The notes under the pieces: model-generated
Told to the model about the DNA's origin: nothing
The model's database searches: none
What the model saw: the letters and a program-made list of their open reading frames with translations, nothing else
From: Octopus vulgaris
Taxonomy: Eukaryota
Direction: 5' to 3'
Length of the DNA stretch: 64,000 nucleotides
Assembly (NCBI GenBank): GCA_951406725.2
Contig: OX597823.1
Location: 72,044,001 to 72,108,000 of the forward strand
Translations under genes and position numbers: made by a program
Shown here: piece after piece, positions 51,664 to 64,000 of the stretch
Position numbering within the stretch: position 1 is the first letter of the stretch
How the letters are laid out: every line of letters begins with the position of its first letter

Positions 51664-51844
51664 CGAGGCAATCAAAATATGCTACGAAAATGACTGTTAT
51701 ATAAGGGGTAAAAACCGAAGGAAATATGTACATGCGCGCATACGCGATTGCTATGAGCATTTTACTCCTTTACTTTTTACTTCCTCCCTTTTCCTTTTTC
51801 CCCTTATTTAACGGTCATTTTCATAGCAGATGTTGAGTGCCTCG

Positions 51845-51903
51845 ATAACTGAAGGGATGCCGGAGCAGATTTTCGCCCCGACATCTGAAACTCGGAGTCT
51901 TAT
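51845..51903 (+). ncRNA. Type-I hammerhead ribozyme motif (A9G variant)
   Basis: ATAA CTGAAGG GATGcCGG...CCGaCATC t GAAA CTC g GAG TC TTAT. Confidence 0.62.
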
Positions 51904-52004
51904 TATGGCAACCGAATTATTGTCACATATGGTATTACAGATAAATTCCTCTATTTACATAATAATATCGAGGTCTCTTTCATTCATTTGTCTTACCATT
52001 ACTA

Positions 52005-52061
<57 letters not shown>

Positions 52062-52102
52062 GAATATATATATATATATATATTTTATTTATATATATAC
52101 AT

Positions 52103-52280
52103 AGGCGCAGGAGTGGCTGTGTGGTAAGTAGCTTGCTTACCAACCACATGGTTCCGGGTTCAGTCCGACTGCGTGACATCTTGGGCAAGTGTCTTCTGCT
52201 TTAGCTCCGAGCCGACCAATGCCTTGTGAGTGGATTTGATAGACGGAAACTGAAAGAAGCCTGTCGTATATATGTATATG

Positions 52281-52312
<32 letters not shown>

Positions 52313-52535
52313 CGTGCGTGTGTGAATGTTTGTGAGTCTGCGTTTATCCACCCCCACCATTGCTTTCCAACCGATGCTGGTAGTTTTACGTCCTCGTAAC
52401 GCAGCAGTTCGGCAAAAGTGACCGATAGAACTAGGCTTATAAGGAATAAGTCCTGGAATTGATTTGTTTGACTAAAAGCGGTGCTCCAGCATGGCCGCAG
52501 TGAAATGACTGAAGCAAATAAAAGAATAAAAGAAA
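52103..52535 (+). mobile_element. Full-length SINE family A
   Basis: ggcgcaggagtggctgtgtggtaagtagcttgcttaccaaccacatggttccgggttcagtcc ... taaaagaataaaagaa. Confidence 0.93.
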
Positions 52536-53352
52536 ATATACACACAGACACGCAACACACACACACACACAAACATACATGTGTGTATGTGTGTGTAGTG
52601 GTGGTTGTCTATCTGCATATAATTTATTTACTTAGAGACATGGGATGGCTGAGTGTATGTGTGTGACTCATTTCAATGCTTACGTAAGTAATCCGTCATT
52701 TATACCAACGATGACACCTGCTTGTCAACAATCAGAGAATGCACCAATAGCTTACGATAAATTTAGATAGGTCTCCTAAAACCGGAACTGGCCTCTTCGG
52801 TTCTATTATTAGCATAATGAATCGATGATGCTGTCAGCAATACTTTTTCTTCAATTAGGTATCCGAAAGCCATTAAAATCTTGTTGAGGTTTTAGTGTCA
52901 AAGGGGTTTTTCCCATTCGATGCAACTGTCGTCTGCTTCAGTGAATTTCTATCTTCCTTTAGTAGATATTCTTTTCACTAGACCTTTTGCGTATAATAGA
53001 CATAAAGTGGTGCGAATTTACTATATTGCACAATTTTTGTGGTCGTACACACACACATACACACACACCCTCTCTCACTCACACACACACACACACTCAC
53101 TCACACGTACGCAGATGTGCAAGCTTATGTGTGTACATATATAAACACATATGCATACATCTATACATGATAACTCACAAACACAAACACATACATATAT
53201 GCATATGTGTGCATGTATGTATGTATGTACGTATGCATGTAAGTATGGATATATTTCTTTGTGTGTGTGTACATATATGTGTGTGTATATGTGTATACAT
53301 ATACACATACATCCATACATACATACATACATACATACATACAAACACATAA

Positions 53353-53421
<69 letters not shown>

Positions 53422-53781
53422 CATACATACATACATACAAACATACATACTGACATTTCAAACGTGTTATTCTTGTTAATCAGCTTAATGTGGGGCCTTA
53501 AACTATTTTAGTCGTTTGTTACGATCGCGTATTTTGATTTAGTTAAGAATGCTTTCGAAAGAGTCGAACAGCGTAATGATACCATTATGCTGATGTTCAG
53601 GTAGAATCATGTGATGGAGTGAAATAACATGAAGGGAGACATACGAAATAAAGAGACTTTGAATGTACTTCCCTTTTAGGGTATCTAGTAAGTATGAATG
53701 ATTACTTAGATTGTTTAGTGGCTCGTTTGTGGATGATACCAAGACGTCACTGATTTCAGTTAGCAAAACATTCAATACTTC

Positions 53782-53782
<1 letters not shown>

Positions 53783-53812
<30 letters not shown>

Positions 53813-53980
53813 TGTATGTATGTATGTATGTATGTATGTATGTATGTATGTATGTGTATGTGTATGTGTGTGTGCATGTATGTATGTATGTATGTGTATG
53901 TGTATGTGTGTGTGCATGTATGTATGTATGTATGTATGTATATATGTGTGTGTGTATATATGTATGTGTGCGTGTGTATG
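53783..53980. repeat. (TATG)n microsatellite, first of a series at ~54086, 56367, 56976, 57163, 58060, with (CATA)n at 58816-59005
   Basis: Directly visible. Confidence 0.97.
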
Positions 53981-53984
53981 CTTA

Positions 53985-56366
53985 TTTAGTTTTATTTCAA
54001 CATTTCTTGCCAATAGAAAAAGAGCCGGTTTCTAATCTAGATCCGAGGGACGTTCATTGAAATTTCAACATCAACAACGGTATATTGGTATGTATGTTTG
54101 TACGTATGTATGTATGTATGTATGTATGTATGTATGTATGTATGTATGTATGTATGTATGTATGTATGTATGTATGTATGTATGCATGTATACGTGCAGA
54201 TCTGTATATTATGTTTAATATAGGCCTTCTCATCCATATATTTGCATATCTAGACATGCTCATATGTATTTAAATCATAAACCTCTGAAAGTTTTACAGA
54301 ATTTAACGGTTCCAGTGATGGCTTGGATCTGTAGTCTTCGAAATAACTTCTTCTTTCTGGTTTTGAGAAGCCTATTTTCTCAAGATTGATATTTAGGCAG
54401 TATGTTACATATCCCAGGGCCCTAATAATCATAGCTATAAACCTGAACTTTTAATTTGGTTAGGATAACTGCAGATTTCTCAATAGTTCAGCGTAGGTAT
54501 TCTCTTTCTTACTTGATCTTCAGCTTTATGTTAACATCCGCTGGGCAGCTAATTTCTGCAACGGTACATAGTTTCTCTTCTCTGTCCCAAATCATTATAT
54601 CAGGTCTATTGTGTTTACATTTTATTGAGGTCTTCACTTGAACATTCCACCAGTATTCCTTTTTATCATGAGTGGCTATTTCTTCTACCATACTGTGGGT
54701 TCTTATTTCTTTGTCCTCGGGGTTATCTTTCCGATGTGTTTCATTTTATAATGTCTTACCTACAACATCATGTGCTATCTGTAGATATTACCTTGATGAT
54801 ATTTTCTGACAAATGTGGGTGATATCGTCGGTGTTAACTCCACAGAGTCTGCATTGGTTGTCACATTTTACTGATTTCCTTGCACCTCCGTCTGTTTTGT
54901 TGATATTTCCCGTTCTTGGATTGCAAACGCATACCTTTCAAAGTAGGAGGTAGTAAAACGGTTATTGGTTCATTATAGACCGCTTTGATGATCAATGATA
55001 CTGCCATCCTTGAGCTTCCTATTGACATATCCATGCATGGTCTTCTGCTCATATAGGATTATCCTTTCATTGATATGTTGCAGTGGAGTCATGCGACTTT
55101 TTGGGCATGTATTTAAGGTTATCAGGCAAGGAATGCTGCTCAAGGAGTTGCCTTCCAAGTCTTATGGTGTTATCAGCCCCATGTATGCAAACTTGGTCAA
55201 GGGATGCACTTAGCCACTTGGTGGTTAAAAGAACTTACTGAAGGGATATGATACGACAATCTAAGGCATTTTGGATCGAATTTAAGCCTCTTCTTTGTTT
55301 TCGTTTTGGGTAGCGGCGGTCTACATCGCTGTTTATGCGAAAATTATGTGCGCTTGTTAATATCTTCTGGGTTTTCACATCAATGGTTCGGATTTCACGA
55401 ATAAAGCAGCCCAAATGTTGGTATGAGCATTGGTACTACAAATACTTTGTGGGCCAATGTTTTATTGAACGCAGAGAGTTCCGCGTTCCAAATTGTCTTT
55501 ATTTGGGTGTAATATTCTTTAGTGACACGTGTTTTGCTACGGTTGCTATTGTAAAATATGTTTTCATCCACCCCTAGATACCTGTAACACTCCTCATCAG
55601 GTATAGGGGAAACAGTTAAGTCATCGTTGAAGATTCTGGAAGTGTGGATTACAGGTTTCTCTATTTTCCAAACCATATAGAAACATTTATCCTGACCAAA
55701 CTTCAACCCTATATCCTTTGAGAATATTGTAACCATGTCAATGTTCTTTTTCATCTCTTGCATATTCTTTGCATAAAGTTTCAAGTCATCCACAAAGAAC
55801 AGTGTGTAAATTTTTGCATATCTGCTTCCTTGTGAACCAGTAGGATATCGATCAAGCTTCTTTACTATGAATAAGGGGTTTACAGAAAGTATAAACAAGA
55901 GCACAGAGAGGCTGTCGTTTTGAAATATGTCTCTGCGATACTGTATTCTATCGGTGATAATACAATCACTCTTTGCGTTTAATTTCAAGATTAAACACAA
56001 AGAGTGACCAACGATGGAATCGGTTCAGCTATAACTTTCACTATGCTCACTGGAACTTTAGCAAGTTGGAGGGATTTTATGAGTGAAGAACACAGTCAAA
56101 AGCTTTCCTGCAGTCAAGTCACATCGAAACTAGGTTCCTTCTTTACTCCTGCCCCTCTGACATTACAGTTCTCTTTATTAACAATTGTTCGGTATATCAC
56201 CAAACTTCTTTCTTCCCAGATGCTTATTCTGCTGAGATGGTGTTATTGCTGTCACAATGGTGTAGGAGGAAGCGGTATAAACATGCTGTATATATTTTGT
56301 AACTCTTTGCCTTGTGCGTGGTTCTTTAGTTGGGGATCAGTTTTGTCTCTGTCAGAACTAACCAGT
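53985..56366 (-). mobile_element. 5'-truncated, decayed R4/Dong-type REL LINE
   Basis: RT: RRDIFQNDSLSVLLFILSVNPL, FFVDDLKLYAK, DIGLKFGQDKC, YRYLGV; zinc knuckle NQCRLCGVNTDDITHI; REL: YWWNVQVKT...HNRPDIMIWD...VAEISCP; then 3'UTR. Confidence 0.93.
55395..56000 (-). pseudogene. Reverse transcriptase fragment of the R4/Dong-type LINE
   Basis: 201-aa open stretch with QxDSLS and FVDD catalytic motifs. Confidence 0.92.
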
Positions 56367-56437
56367 TATGTATGTATGTATGTATGTATGTATGTATGTA
56401 TGTATGTATGTATGTATGTATGTATGTATGTATTTAT

Positions 56438-56975
56438 GTCAGGTCACTTTCGAGTGCTACTGGTAACATGTAAACCAGTACAACCTGTTGCATGGTCGGG
56501 TCGTCGGCGACTAAACCGGCAACCCCACCAAGCTTGCTTGGTGAGGAGGGTGTTTATTGGATACCTGGCGGGATGAAAAACAAAATCCGTCAAAGGGCGG
56601 AGGAACTCTTGAGAGTCTTAAGTCTGTATCATGCGCGGGGAGATAGAAATAATCGGACTGAATACCTGATCGCGCAGTGAAACCATTGGCAGTGAAGGAC
56701 TCATAGCCTTTGTTAGGGCATCCTTCTATGAGAAGGTAACTCAGGTAACTGAGATAACTCCGACATAAAACCTGCGACTCAGTGGTTACCGATGATGTTG
56801 ACTTGTTCTGATTTTCAAATTATGGCTGCTGCTGCTGCTTAGTGAGTGGGATTGACTGAGTGCACAGCCTTTCCTCACTTAAAAAAAGATCTTCTTGCAC
56901 AGGCATTGCACGATAACAACATTGATTAAGCTTCATGCAATGGCCATACTCGATAACGAGGGGGCAGCCACCACC
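56438..56975 (+). mobile_element. ~540-bp non-coding retroelement with RTE-like 5'UTR motif, copy 2, inside (TATG)n
   Basis: agggcatccttctatgagaaggtaactc resembles the RTE 5'UTR box (GGGCAACC..CTAGGAGAAGGAAAACTC, as recalled); ends ggccatactcgataacgagggggcagccaccacc; (TATG)n on both sides. Confidence 0.75.
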
Positions 56976-57054
56976 ATGTATGTATGTATGTATGTATGTA
57001 TGTATGTATGTATGTATGTATGTATGTATGTATGTGTGTGTATTTGTGTATGTC

Positions 57055-57820
57055 ATTGTTCAATTTTATTTCACGAGTTTTTGCCAGTTGAGAAAGAGCC
57101 AGTCTCTAACCTAGATCTAATGCACCTTCACTGGAATTTCATCATCAACAACAGGGTATTTTTGTATGCATGTATGTATGTATGTATATATGTATGCATG
57201 TATGTATGTATGTATGTATGTATGTATGTATGTATGTATGTATGTATGTATATGTGCAAATTTGTAGACTTTGCTATATGTATGTACTTTCATGCATATA
57301 GTAGCATATCTAGACATGCTCATTTACATTTAAATGATAAACTTCTGGAAAGTTATACAGAATTTTACAGATCCAGTGATGGCTTGGATCTGTAGTCTTC
57401 GAAATAACTTCTTCTTTCTGGTTTTGAAAAGATTAATTTCTCAAGATTGATATTTAGGCAGTGTTACATATCCCAGAGCCCCAATAATTACAGATATAAA
57501 CGTGAACTCGTAATCTGGATAGAGCATCTGTAGATTTCTCAGTAGTTTAGCGTAAATATTTTGCTTTTCACTGATCTTCAGCTTTATGTTAACATCCGCT
57601 GGGCAGCTAATTTCTACAACTATGCACAGTTTCTCTTCTCTGTCCCAAATCATTATATCAGGTCTGCTGTGCTTATATTTTTTGAGGTCTTCACTTGGAC
57701 ATTCCACCATTTATTCCTTTTTATCATGAGTGGTTATCGCTTCTTATGTCTTTCTTCTCAAGCTTTTACTTCCGACGGATTTCATTACAGAGTACCCTAG
57801 CCAAAACATCATATCTCATC

Positions 57821-57872
<52 letters not shown>

Positions 57873-58058
57873 CCGTGATGACGTTTTGGGGAAACTGCCT
57901 ATAATGTTTGTGTTATCTTTGGTGTTAACTCCACAAAGTTTGCATAGTTATCACATTTTACTGCTTTCCTTGCATCTCTATCCCCTTTGTGCATCAGGTA
58001 TTTGGATTGATATTTCCTGTTCCTGAATTTCAAACGCATATCCTTCAAAGTGGGACGT
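57055..58058 (-). mobile_element. Second 5'-truncated copy of the R4/Dong-type LINE
   Basis: Collinear with 53985-54950; HSRPDIMIWDREEKLCIVVEISCPADVN...IIGALGYV; interrupted by (TA)n at ~57823-57870. Confidence 0.92.
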
Positions 58059-58329
58059 AGTATGTATGTATGTATGTATGTATGTATGTATGTATGTATG
58101 TATGTATGTATGTATGTATGTATGTATGTATGTATGTATGTATGTATGTGTGTATGTATGTTGATAACTAGTATTTCCTTACACCCATGTGAGATGGACA
58201 TTAGCAAAAAGAATACTCAATTCAGTTATGTGCAGCGGATCTCCTGGAGCCTCTACTCGAATCTTACCGTTCCTGTTCCCCAGTTGTCTGAAGAACGGGA
58301 ATGATAATCACCAAAGTTCGCCTCATAGC

Positions 58330-58815
58330 TTTGAATTATTCAGCGATTCAGTGCCTAACAAACTTAATATTGTTCTGTGGGACAGAGAACAAAAATTTGC
58401 AGACGTCAGCCGCCTTGCGAGTTGTGAATGTACAATCAAAATTCCAGGGAAAATAGGACATTTACGATGAATTAATGCGGGACTTGCAGCTCTTCTACCT
58501 TCTCTGTAAATTCACATTTGTAATTATCATCATAGATGCATTAGGCTATGTGCCTACAAATTTGCATAAAATCCTAGAAATACCGTAAAAGAAACTGATG
58601 CAAAAGATCCAATCTATTAGCGTGAAAGTCATGATTTGTAGAACGTTCCAAAGATTCTCCATCTGAGTTTGTATAGATTAATAGACACACTTCGCTGTGT
58701 ACATCGACAGTTCAACGAACACACCAACTTAACCACATATTTACTCTATTAACTCAAAATGTCTTGTCACTATATTAGCGACCAGCATAATCTCTCTTCA
58801 GAACTTAAAGAAGAA
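58330..58815 (+). mobile_element. R4/Dong-type LINE REL-domain and 3' fragment
   Basis: attgttctgtgggacagagaac (IVLWDRE); gttgtgaatgtacaatcaaaattccaggg is homologous to 37695-37730; IIIDALGYVP; followed by (CATA)n. Confidence 0.8.
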
Positions 58816-58975
58816 CATACATATATACATACAAACATGCAACATACATACATACATACATACATACATACAAACATGCAACATACATACATACATACAT
58901 ACATACATACATACATACATACATACATACATACATACATACATACATACATACATACATACATACATACATACA

Positions 58976-59008
<33 letters not shown>

Positions 59009-59049
59009 TCACACACACACACACACATGCACACACATATACTGACTAG

Positions 59050-60600
59050 TCATATTTACAGAAACAGTGATATCGATAGGTTCTACCTGAGAAGAGAGAA
59101 GCTTGTAACGTATACAGCATTTTAATGTCACTTATCTTTCAGACAGTACCTGCTAACAAACTGCAGAAAAATCGGTAGATATACCCAGTGCTCAAAAGCA
59201 AAGAGATAAACATTCTGGGTGTTAGCAGTAAGCTCCTTATGAAGTAATTTATTCCTGAAGACCTCCCATACAGCCCCAAAACATCTACACTAACATACCT
59301 TGAAGAAGACCTAGAAGTGAAACACTCAGCATACCCCGACGCAAAACAAAATGACTATGAATGGGCATACTTCGCAAATGCTTAAAGATGACCCTAATAT
59401 CAACACCTCAGAGCAGAAAATCGTCGGACAGACCAGATCATACTTCCAAAGCTATGCATTTTTGTTACAAAATACCTAATGAATAAAAGAGATAGTAAAG
59501 CAGGTGGAGCCCGTGGTTCGACCGAAAATATCGATGTTTCAATACTGTGAAAGACATCACACATGTGATCAGCAGCTGTCCCAATTTATCATCACGATAA
59601 TACCTCCCAGTGCGCCATGACATTTTGGCAAACATAATATACAATGCCATCTGAAATGAAAAAATAAAAAAATAAAAGTCTATCTTGGGATAAATCTAGA
59701 GAATGCCTCTGTTAATCATAAACATCATCATAAGAAATTTTGGAGAAACATTCCCATCAAAACATCAACCAAGTGCAAACATAACAAACTGATATTATAA
59801 CTTGAGGCATACAAGAAAACTATGTACCGTAATCGAGATCCGCTACCATGCTGAAGTGAATATCTTTTCGGAAAGCAAAGAGAAAGAGGATATCTACGGA
59901 CAAATGCTTCTGAATTTCAGCATGTATACTCAGAATATAAATTCTCATTTATACTTATAATTTTGTGACCCCCTTCGGTCATGAATGACCATGGGATTTC
60001 ACCTAGAAAGTTACCCCCCGAGGCACAAGTCTGGGCAAGGTTGTTTATGGAAGACCAGCTGTCGCCAATGCATACCAGCCTCCCCTCTCCACGCCACCCA
60101 TGTTATCCAAGGGAAAGGCAAAGGGCGATACAGCTTGGCACTAGTGACGTCGCAGCTCATTTGTAAAAGTGCAAGTGGCTAAGCACTCCACAGACACGTG
60201 TACCCTTAACGTAGTTCTCAGGGAGATCCAGCGTGACACAGAGTGTGACAAGGCTGGCCCTTTGAAATACAGGTACACCAGAGACAGGAAGAAAGGTTGA
60301 GAGAAAGTTGTGGTGAAAGAGTACAGCAGGGTTCAACCCCACCCCGTGCCGGAGCTTCGTGGAGGTTTAGGTGTTTTCGCTCAATAAGCACTCACAATGG
60401 CCGGTCTGGGAATCGAAACTGCGATACTACGACCGCGAGACCGCTGCCCTAACCACTGGGCCATTGCGTCTCCACTACTTTTAATTATCAGGCACTATAA
60501 TTATTAGGTTTTCTTAGCGTATAATCGTGAAGCGTTTGTTTTCTTTCAGAAAAGAAGTCACCAACTAATATATACATTACACATATATTCTATCGGTGAA
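59050..60600 (+). mobile_element. R4/Dong-type LINE fragment interrupted by a SINE
   Basis: NSDIDRFYL, ITHVISSCP, YLPVRHDILANIIYNAI, FWRNIPIKTSTKCKHN, TVIEI; resumes after 60476 with a GAL-like remnant. Confidence 0.85.
59963..60475 (-). mobile_element. Long (~510 bp) tRNA-headed SINE (family C-related, chimeric) with 11-bp TSD
   Basis: Minus-strand head gacgcaatggcccagtggttagggcagcgg...gtttcgattccc; TSD tacttataatt (59952-59962) / tacttttaatt (60476-60486). Confidence 0.9.
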
Positions 60601-61744
60601 ATAGTAAAAATATACAAGACTCTTCTCAAGTTCAATCGTAACATCGTTTTCCGTTACATACATTCCAGCGATAGTACTTTGCATCTTAGAAACCAGTTCC
60701 ATCCTCACAAGAAGACTCCAAATGATCAAAACTAAAAATGGACACACAGACAGAGAGAGACTGACACACATACGCGCGCGCACAAACACACACACACCCT
60801 CATATATACATAAATACGATAATATATATGTGTGTGTGTGTGCACGGGTATTTTACGATGTGAGAGTGTGTGAGGGTGTTTGAGTATGTATACATGTGTT
60901 TGTGTGGATCTATGTAACTGTAGGTATGTGTGTCAGTGGTTTTCTACACACGCCTGCGCACGCACACTCACACACACTCACATTACAAGTAAATCCCTTA
61001 TTCTACTCAGCTATGAACTGAATACAGTTGGACGCTTGATAGTATATAATATCACTTGTATATAAAAGCAATGAAATCTTTTGGCACAAAAGCCATTCCA
61101 CAGACTGCGAAAGAAAAAATACTACTAGCTGCAGCATTGTTTCATTGCGTTAATATTAGACTGGAAGTGGCCTGTTCCGGATATAAGAATCCAGTTTAGA
61201 AATGGATGGCCTCCAATGCTTACACTACATATGTTTATGAAGAATTACTGTCATCATTGCTATAAATGAAACAGGCCATTTGATGTATATCTCGCTAACA
61301 ATACAACATTAAAACAAACACCTGCTATTTATAATAGTTATTTGTATATTAATAGAAATATAATACAAAAAGGCAAGTGAATAACAAGACATTTCACATT
61401 AATAATAAGACAATAAAAACCAAAGCATCGATGCAATTTAGTGTCTTGACAAGGTTAGCGTATTATGTAGGCAGTCTCATAATACTAAATAACAATGTTT
61501 TACATGAGAGGCTAATACAAGAGCCACTTAACCAATGGCTGCTTTCCACCTTCACGTGATATATGATAGGATTTGAATTCATAAAGAAATATTAATATTT
61601 CTATGTTAGATTAATATAAAACTTAAAGCTTATAACAGATGGAAAAGATTTTATTGTGTGTGTATTGTATGAGCGTTTATTCATTTATATATCATGATCA
61701 TCATCATCATGATCATCATCATCATCATCATCATTATCATATAA

Positions 61745-62100
61745 AATTCGTCTTCCATGTTTTATGCTGGCATGGGCTCGTCGGCTTCACAGCAACTAGC
61801 AAGGCCAGAACTACAACAGATTCCATTGTTTGATTCGGCTTGGTTACTATAGCTGGATGCCCTTCCTAACGCCAACAACTTTAAGTAGTGTACCGGCTGC
61901 ATTTTAGGTGGCAGCATCACCAGTGCTTATTACATGGCACCAGTTCCAGTGCATTTTAGATAACTTCAGTACCAGTGCTTTTTACATGGCACCAGTACCA
62001 GTGGTTTTCACATGGCACCAACACCAGCAGCAACATCAATGCTTTTTATATGGCACCTTGATTTTAGATATTAATTCTGTTGTGGAGGGCAGATCTTCTT
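61745..62100. mobile_element. Degenerate interspersed repeat next to (CAT)n (probable LINE-tail derivative)
   Basis: gctggatgcccttcctaacgccaac, a motif recalled from many invertebrate and fish retroposon ends, followed by repeated tggcacc units. Confidence 0.5.
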
Positions 62101-62324
62101 GAGCATATATATATATATATATATATACATCATACATACATATATATAAATATATATATATATATATATGTATGTATTTATATAATATTTCACTTAGGTT
62201 TTGTGACACTAATAGCCTGGTAGAACTCAGTATATGTATAAGAACGAAATGTTGGACGCCTATAGAGCGGTAGTGAGTAAAAGGGACGACAAAGGAATAA
62301 ATGATTGTAACATAAACTTCATTA

Positions 62325-62403
62325 GCTTGTAGCTGTTTCTACTATTACATGCAGCGGACTCATAATTGAATGCCTGAATAATGCCCTTTAGTGTCATCAG
62401 AGC
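62325..62403 (-). ncRNA. Degenerate type-I hammerhead motif with long stem II insertion
   Basis: Minus strand: GCT CTGATGA c ACTA...TAGT a GAAA cagcta ca AGC; cleavage triplet appears mutated. Confidence 0.4.
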
Positions 62404-63022
62404 CTCGAATAAGAAGTGCAATTTATTTGGGAAAGAATTATATTTGCATATATGTAGGGATCGGCATTATCAATGAGAAAATCAACACTGACGTATACAA
62501 AAAAAATTGCATGCTCAAAAGGTAATTAGATGTATTAGTAGAAATATATGTATGTATACGTACATATATATATATATATGTGTATGTGTGTGTATGTGTG
62601 TGTAAGAGGGCGCGCATGTATATATGTATATATGTTAACGGTTATATTTAATTACTTTTTTCGCTGTAGCGTGTATTCGTTACTTTTTGCATCTGTTATT
62701 TAATTTTGATCATATATAAATATGAGGCTGTTTCTTTTAATTTGCGGATTTTCTATACACAAACCGAGAAGTTATCTTACGGAATAGTCGTTATTTTAAC
62801 GAGATACATCTTGTAATCACCCGAAGAGACACATCTACACCGTCAGATACTCCTAAACCAATTGTCAAATATCCCACCTGTGAGGGATCGATGCTAGGTG
62901 GGTCGAAACAATTGTAATGATTAATAAATATTCTCGTATGTTCCATTTTCCGTCTCTCTCATTAGTCATATATATATATATATGTATACACACACACACA
63001 TACACACACATACACACACACG

Positions 63023-63118
<96 letters not shown>

Positions 63119-63621
63119 TACACGCATTTATATATATTAATAGATAGGTAGATAGACAGACAGACAGATAGATTGATAGATCGATCGATATATGGATATG
63201 GAAGCAAGCACGTATGTGTGTTGTATGGATAGATGGATGAATGGATGGATGGAGTAAGCTATATAATCAAGTGATCATAGAGTTCACCGGACTAGACAGG
63301 TTACGTCAAATAATCGTTCAGCGTGATCCCTTTTCCGGGCGCTTGGGATCATTTATTGGTCTGGGACACCTGAGCTATCGATAGTTTTGCACAGTGAGCC
63401 GAGAACAGAAGGTGTGATTAACGGTTGAAGTACGCGTTGATATATTTGACTTTCGGGGGCAAAAAGAAAATGACCCTGCTTTACTGTCATGTAAAATGGC
63501 TGTATTAATGCAATAAAAGTGAAGATAGTTTAAGCGACAGCTGAAGTGTGCTTTTGGCACACTAATGACCCTACACACCCGGATATATACACACAAACAT
63601 GCATACGCACATACATGTGTA

Positions 63622-63686
<65 letters not shown>

Positions 63687-63774
63687 ATGTATGTATGTAT
63701 GCATGTATGCATGTATGAATGCATGAATATAACACATGCACGCGCGCTCACACACACATACGCACACACATATA

Positions 63775-63999
63775 CGTGGCACTGTTGAAAAGTTCCTGGC
63801 TTTGTGGCTTTGGGTAAAAGAAAATGGAGGGGGATCGGTTAATTATGATTTTATTCAACATATTCCCCTCTCATATCTACACACTAATTGCAGCGATCCT
63901 TCAGTTTTTCTAAATCCTGTGAAAGAACTCGGAATGCTGAGCCTCCAAGCAGACCTTTCACGATACCCTTAAAGCTAGGAACTTTTCAGCACCACCTCA
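63775..63999 (-). mobile_element. Second copy of the mariner-derived MITE
   Basis: Reverse complement of 7896-8111 (ttatgattttattcaacatattcc...acac..attgcagcg); TIR-like ends tgttgaaaagttcctggcttt / aaagctaggaacttttcagca. Confidence 0.85.
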
Positions 64000-64000
64000 T

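Larger units (their letters stand above)
51568..51940. repeat. ~150-bp inverted repeat pair between (TA)n tracts, each arm carrying a hammerhead
   Basis: ttcggttgccataataagactccgagtttcagatgtcgggg vs ccccgacatctgaaactcggagtcttattatggcaaccgaa. Confidence 0.93.

Noticed and set aside
52103-52180. tRNA-like sequences with A and B boxes
   Set aside because: They are SINE heads continuing into SINE bodies; no complete cloverleaf could be supported.

Overview
AT-rich eukaryotic non-coding DNA, very likely from an octopus or other cephalopod (inferred from the tRNA-headed SINE families and the extreme (TA)n/(CA)n/(CATA)n microsatellite density). No intact host gene is visible, and almost all ORFs in the track are microsatellite read-throughs; the only host-gene signal is one candidate 51-bp exon. 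The window is a patchwork of transposable elements: a full-length but frameshifted mariner with TIRs and TA duplication, mariner- and Tc2-type MITEs, a non-autonomous Helitron, a decayed Penelope-like element (RT + GIY-YIG), several R4/Dong-type REL LINE fragments, RTE remnants and at least three SINE families. Two patterns stand out. (1) About ten minimal type-I hammerhead-ribozyme-like motifs from several unrelated short repeat families, mostly next to (TA)n tracts and often in inverted-repeat pairs, which is the architecture of Penelope pseudo-LTRs. (2) An R4/Dong-type LINE family whose copies are strand-consistently embedded in (CATA)n, suggesting microsatellite targeting. All calls were made by eye; coordinates of degenerate elements are approximate.
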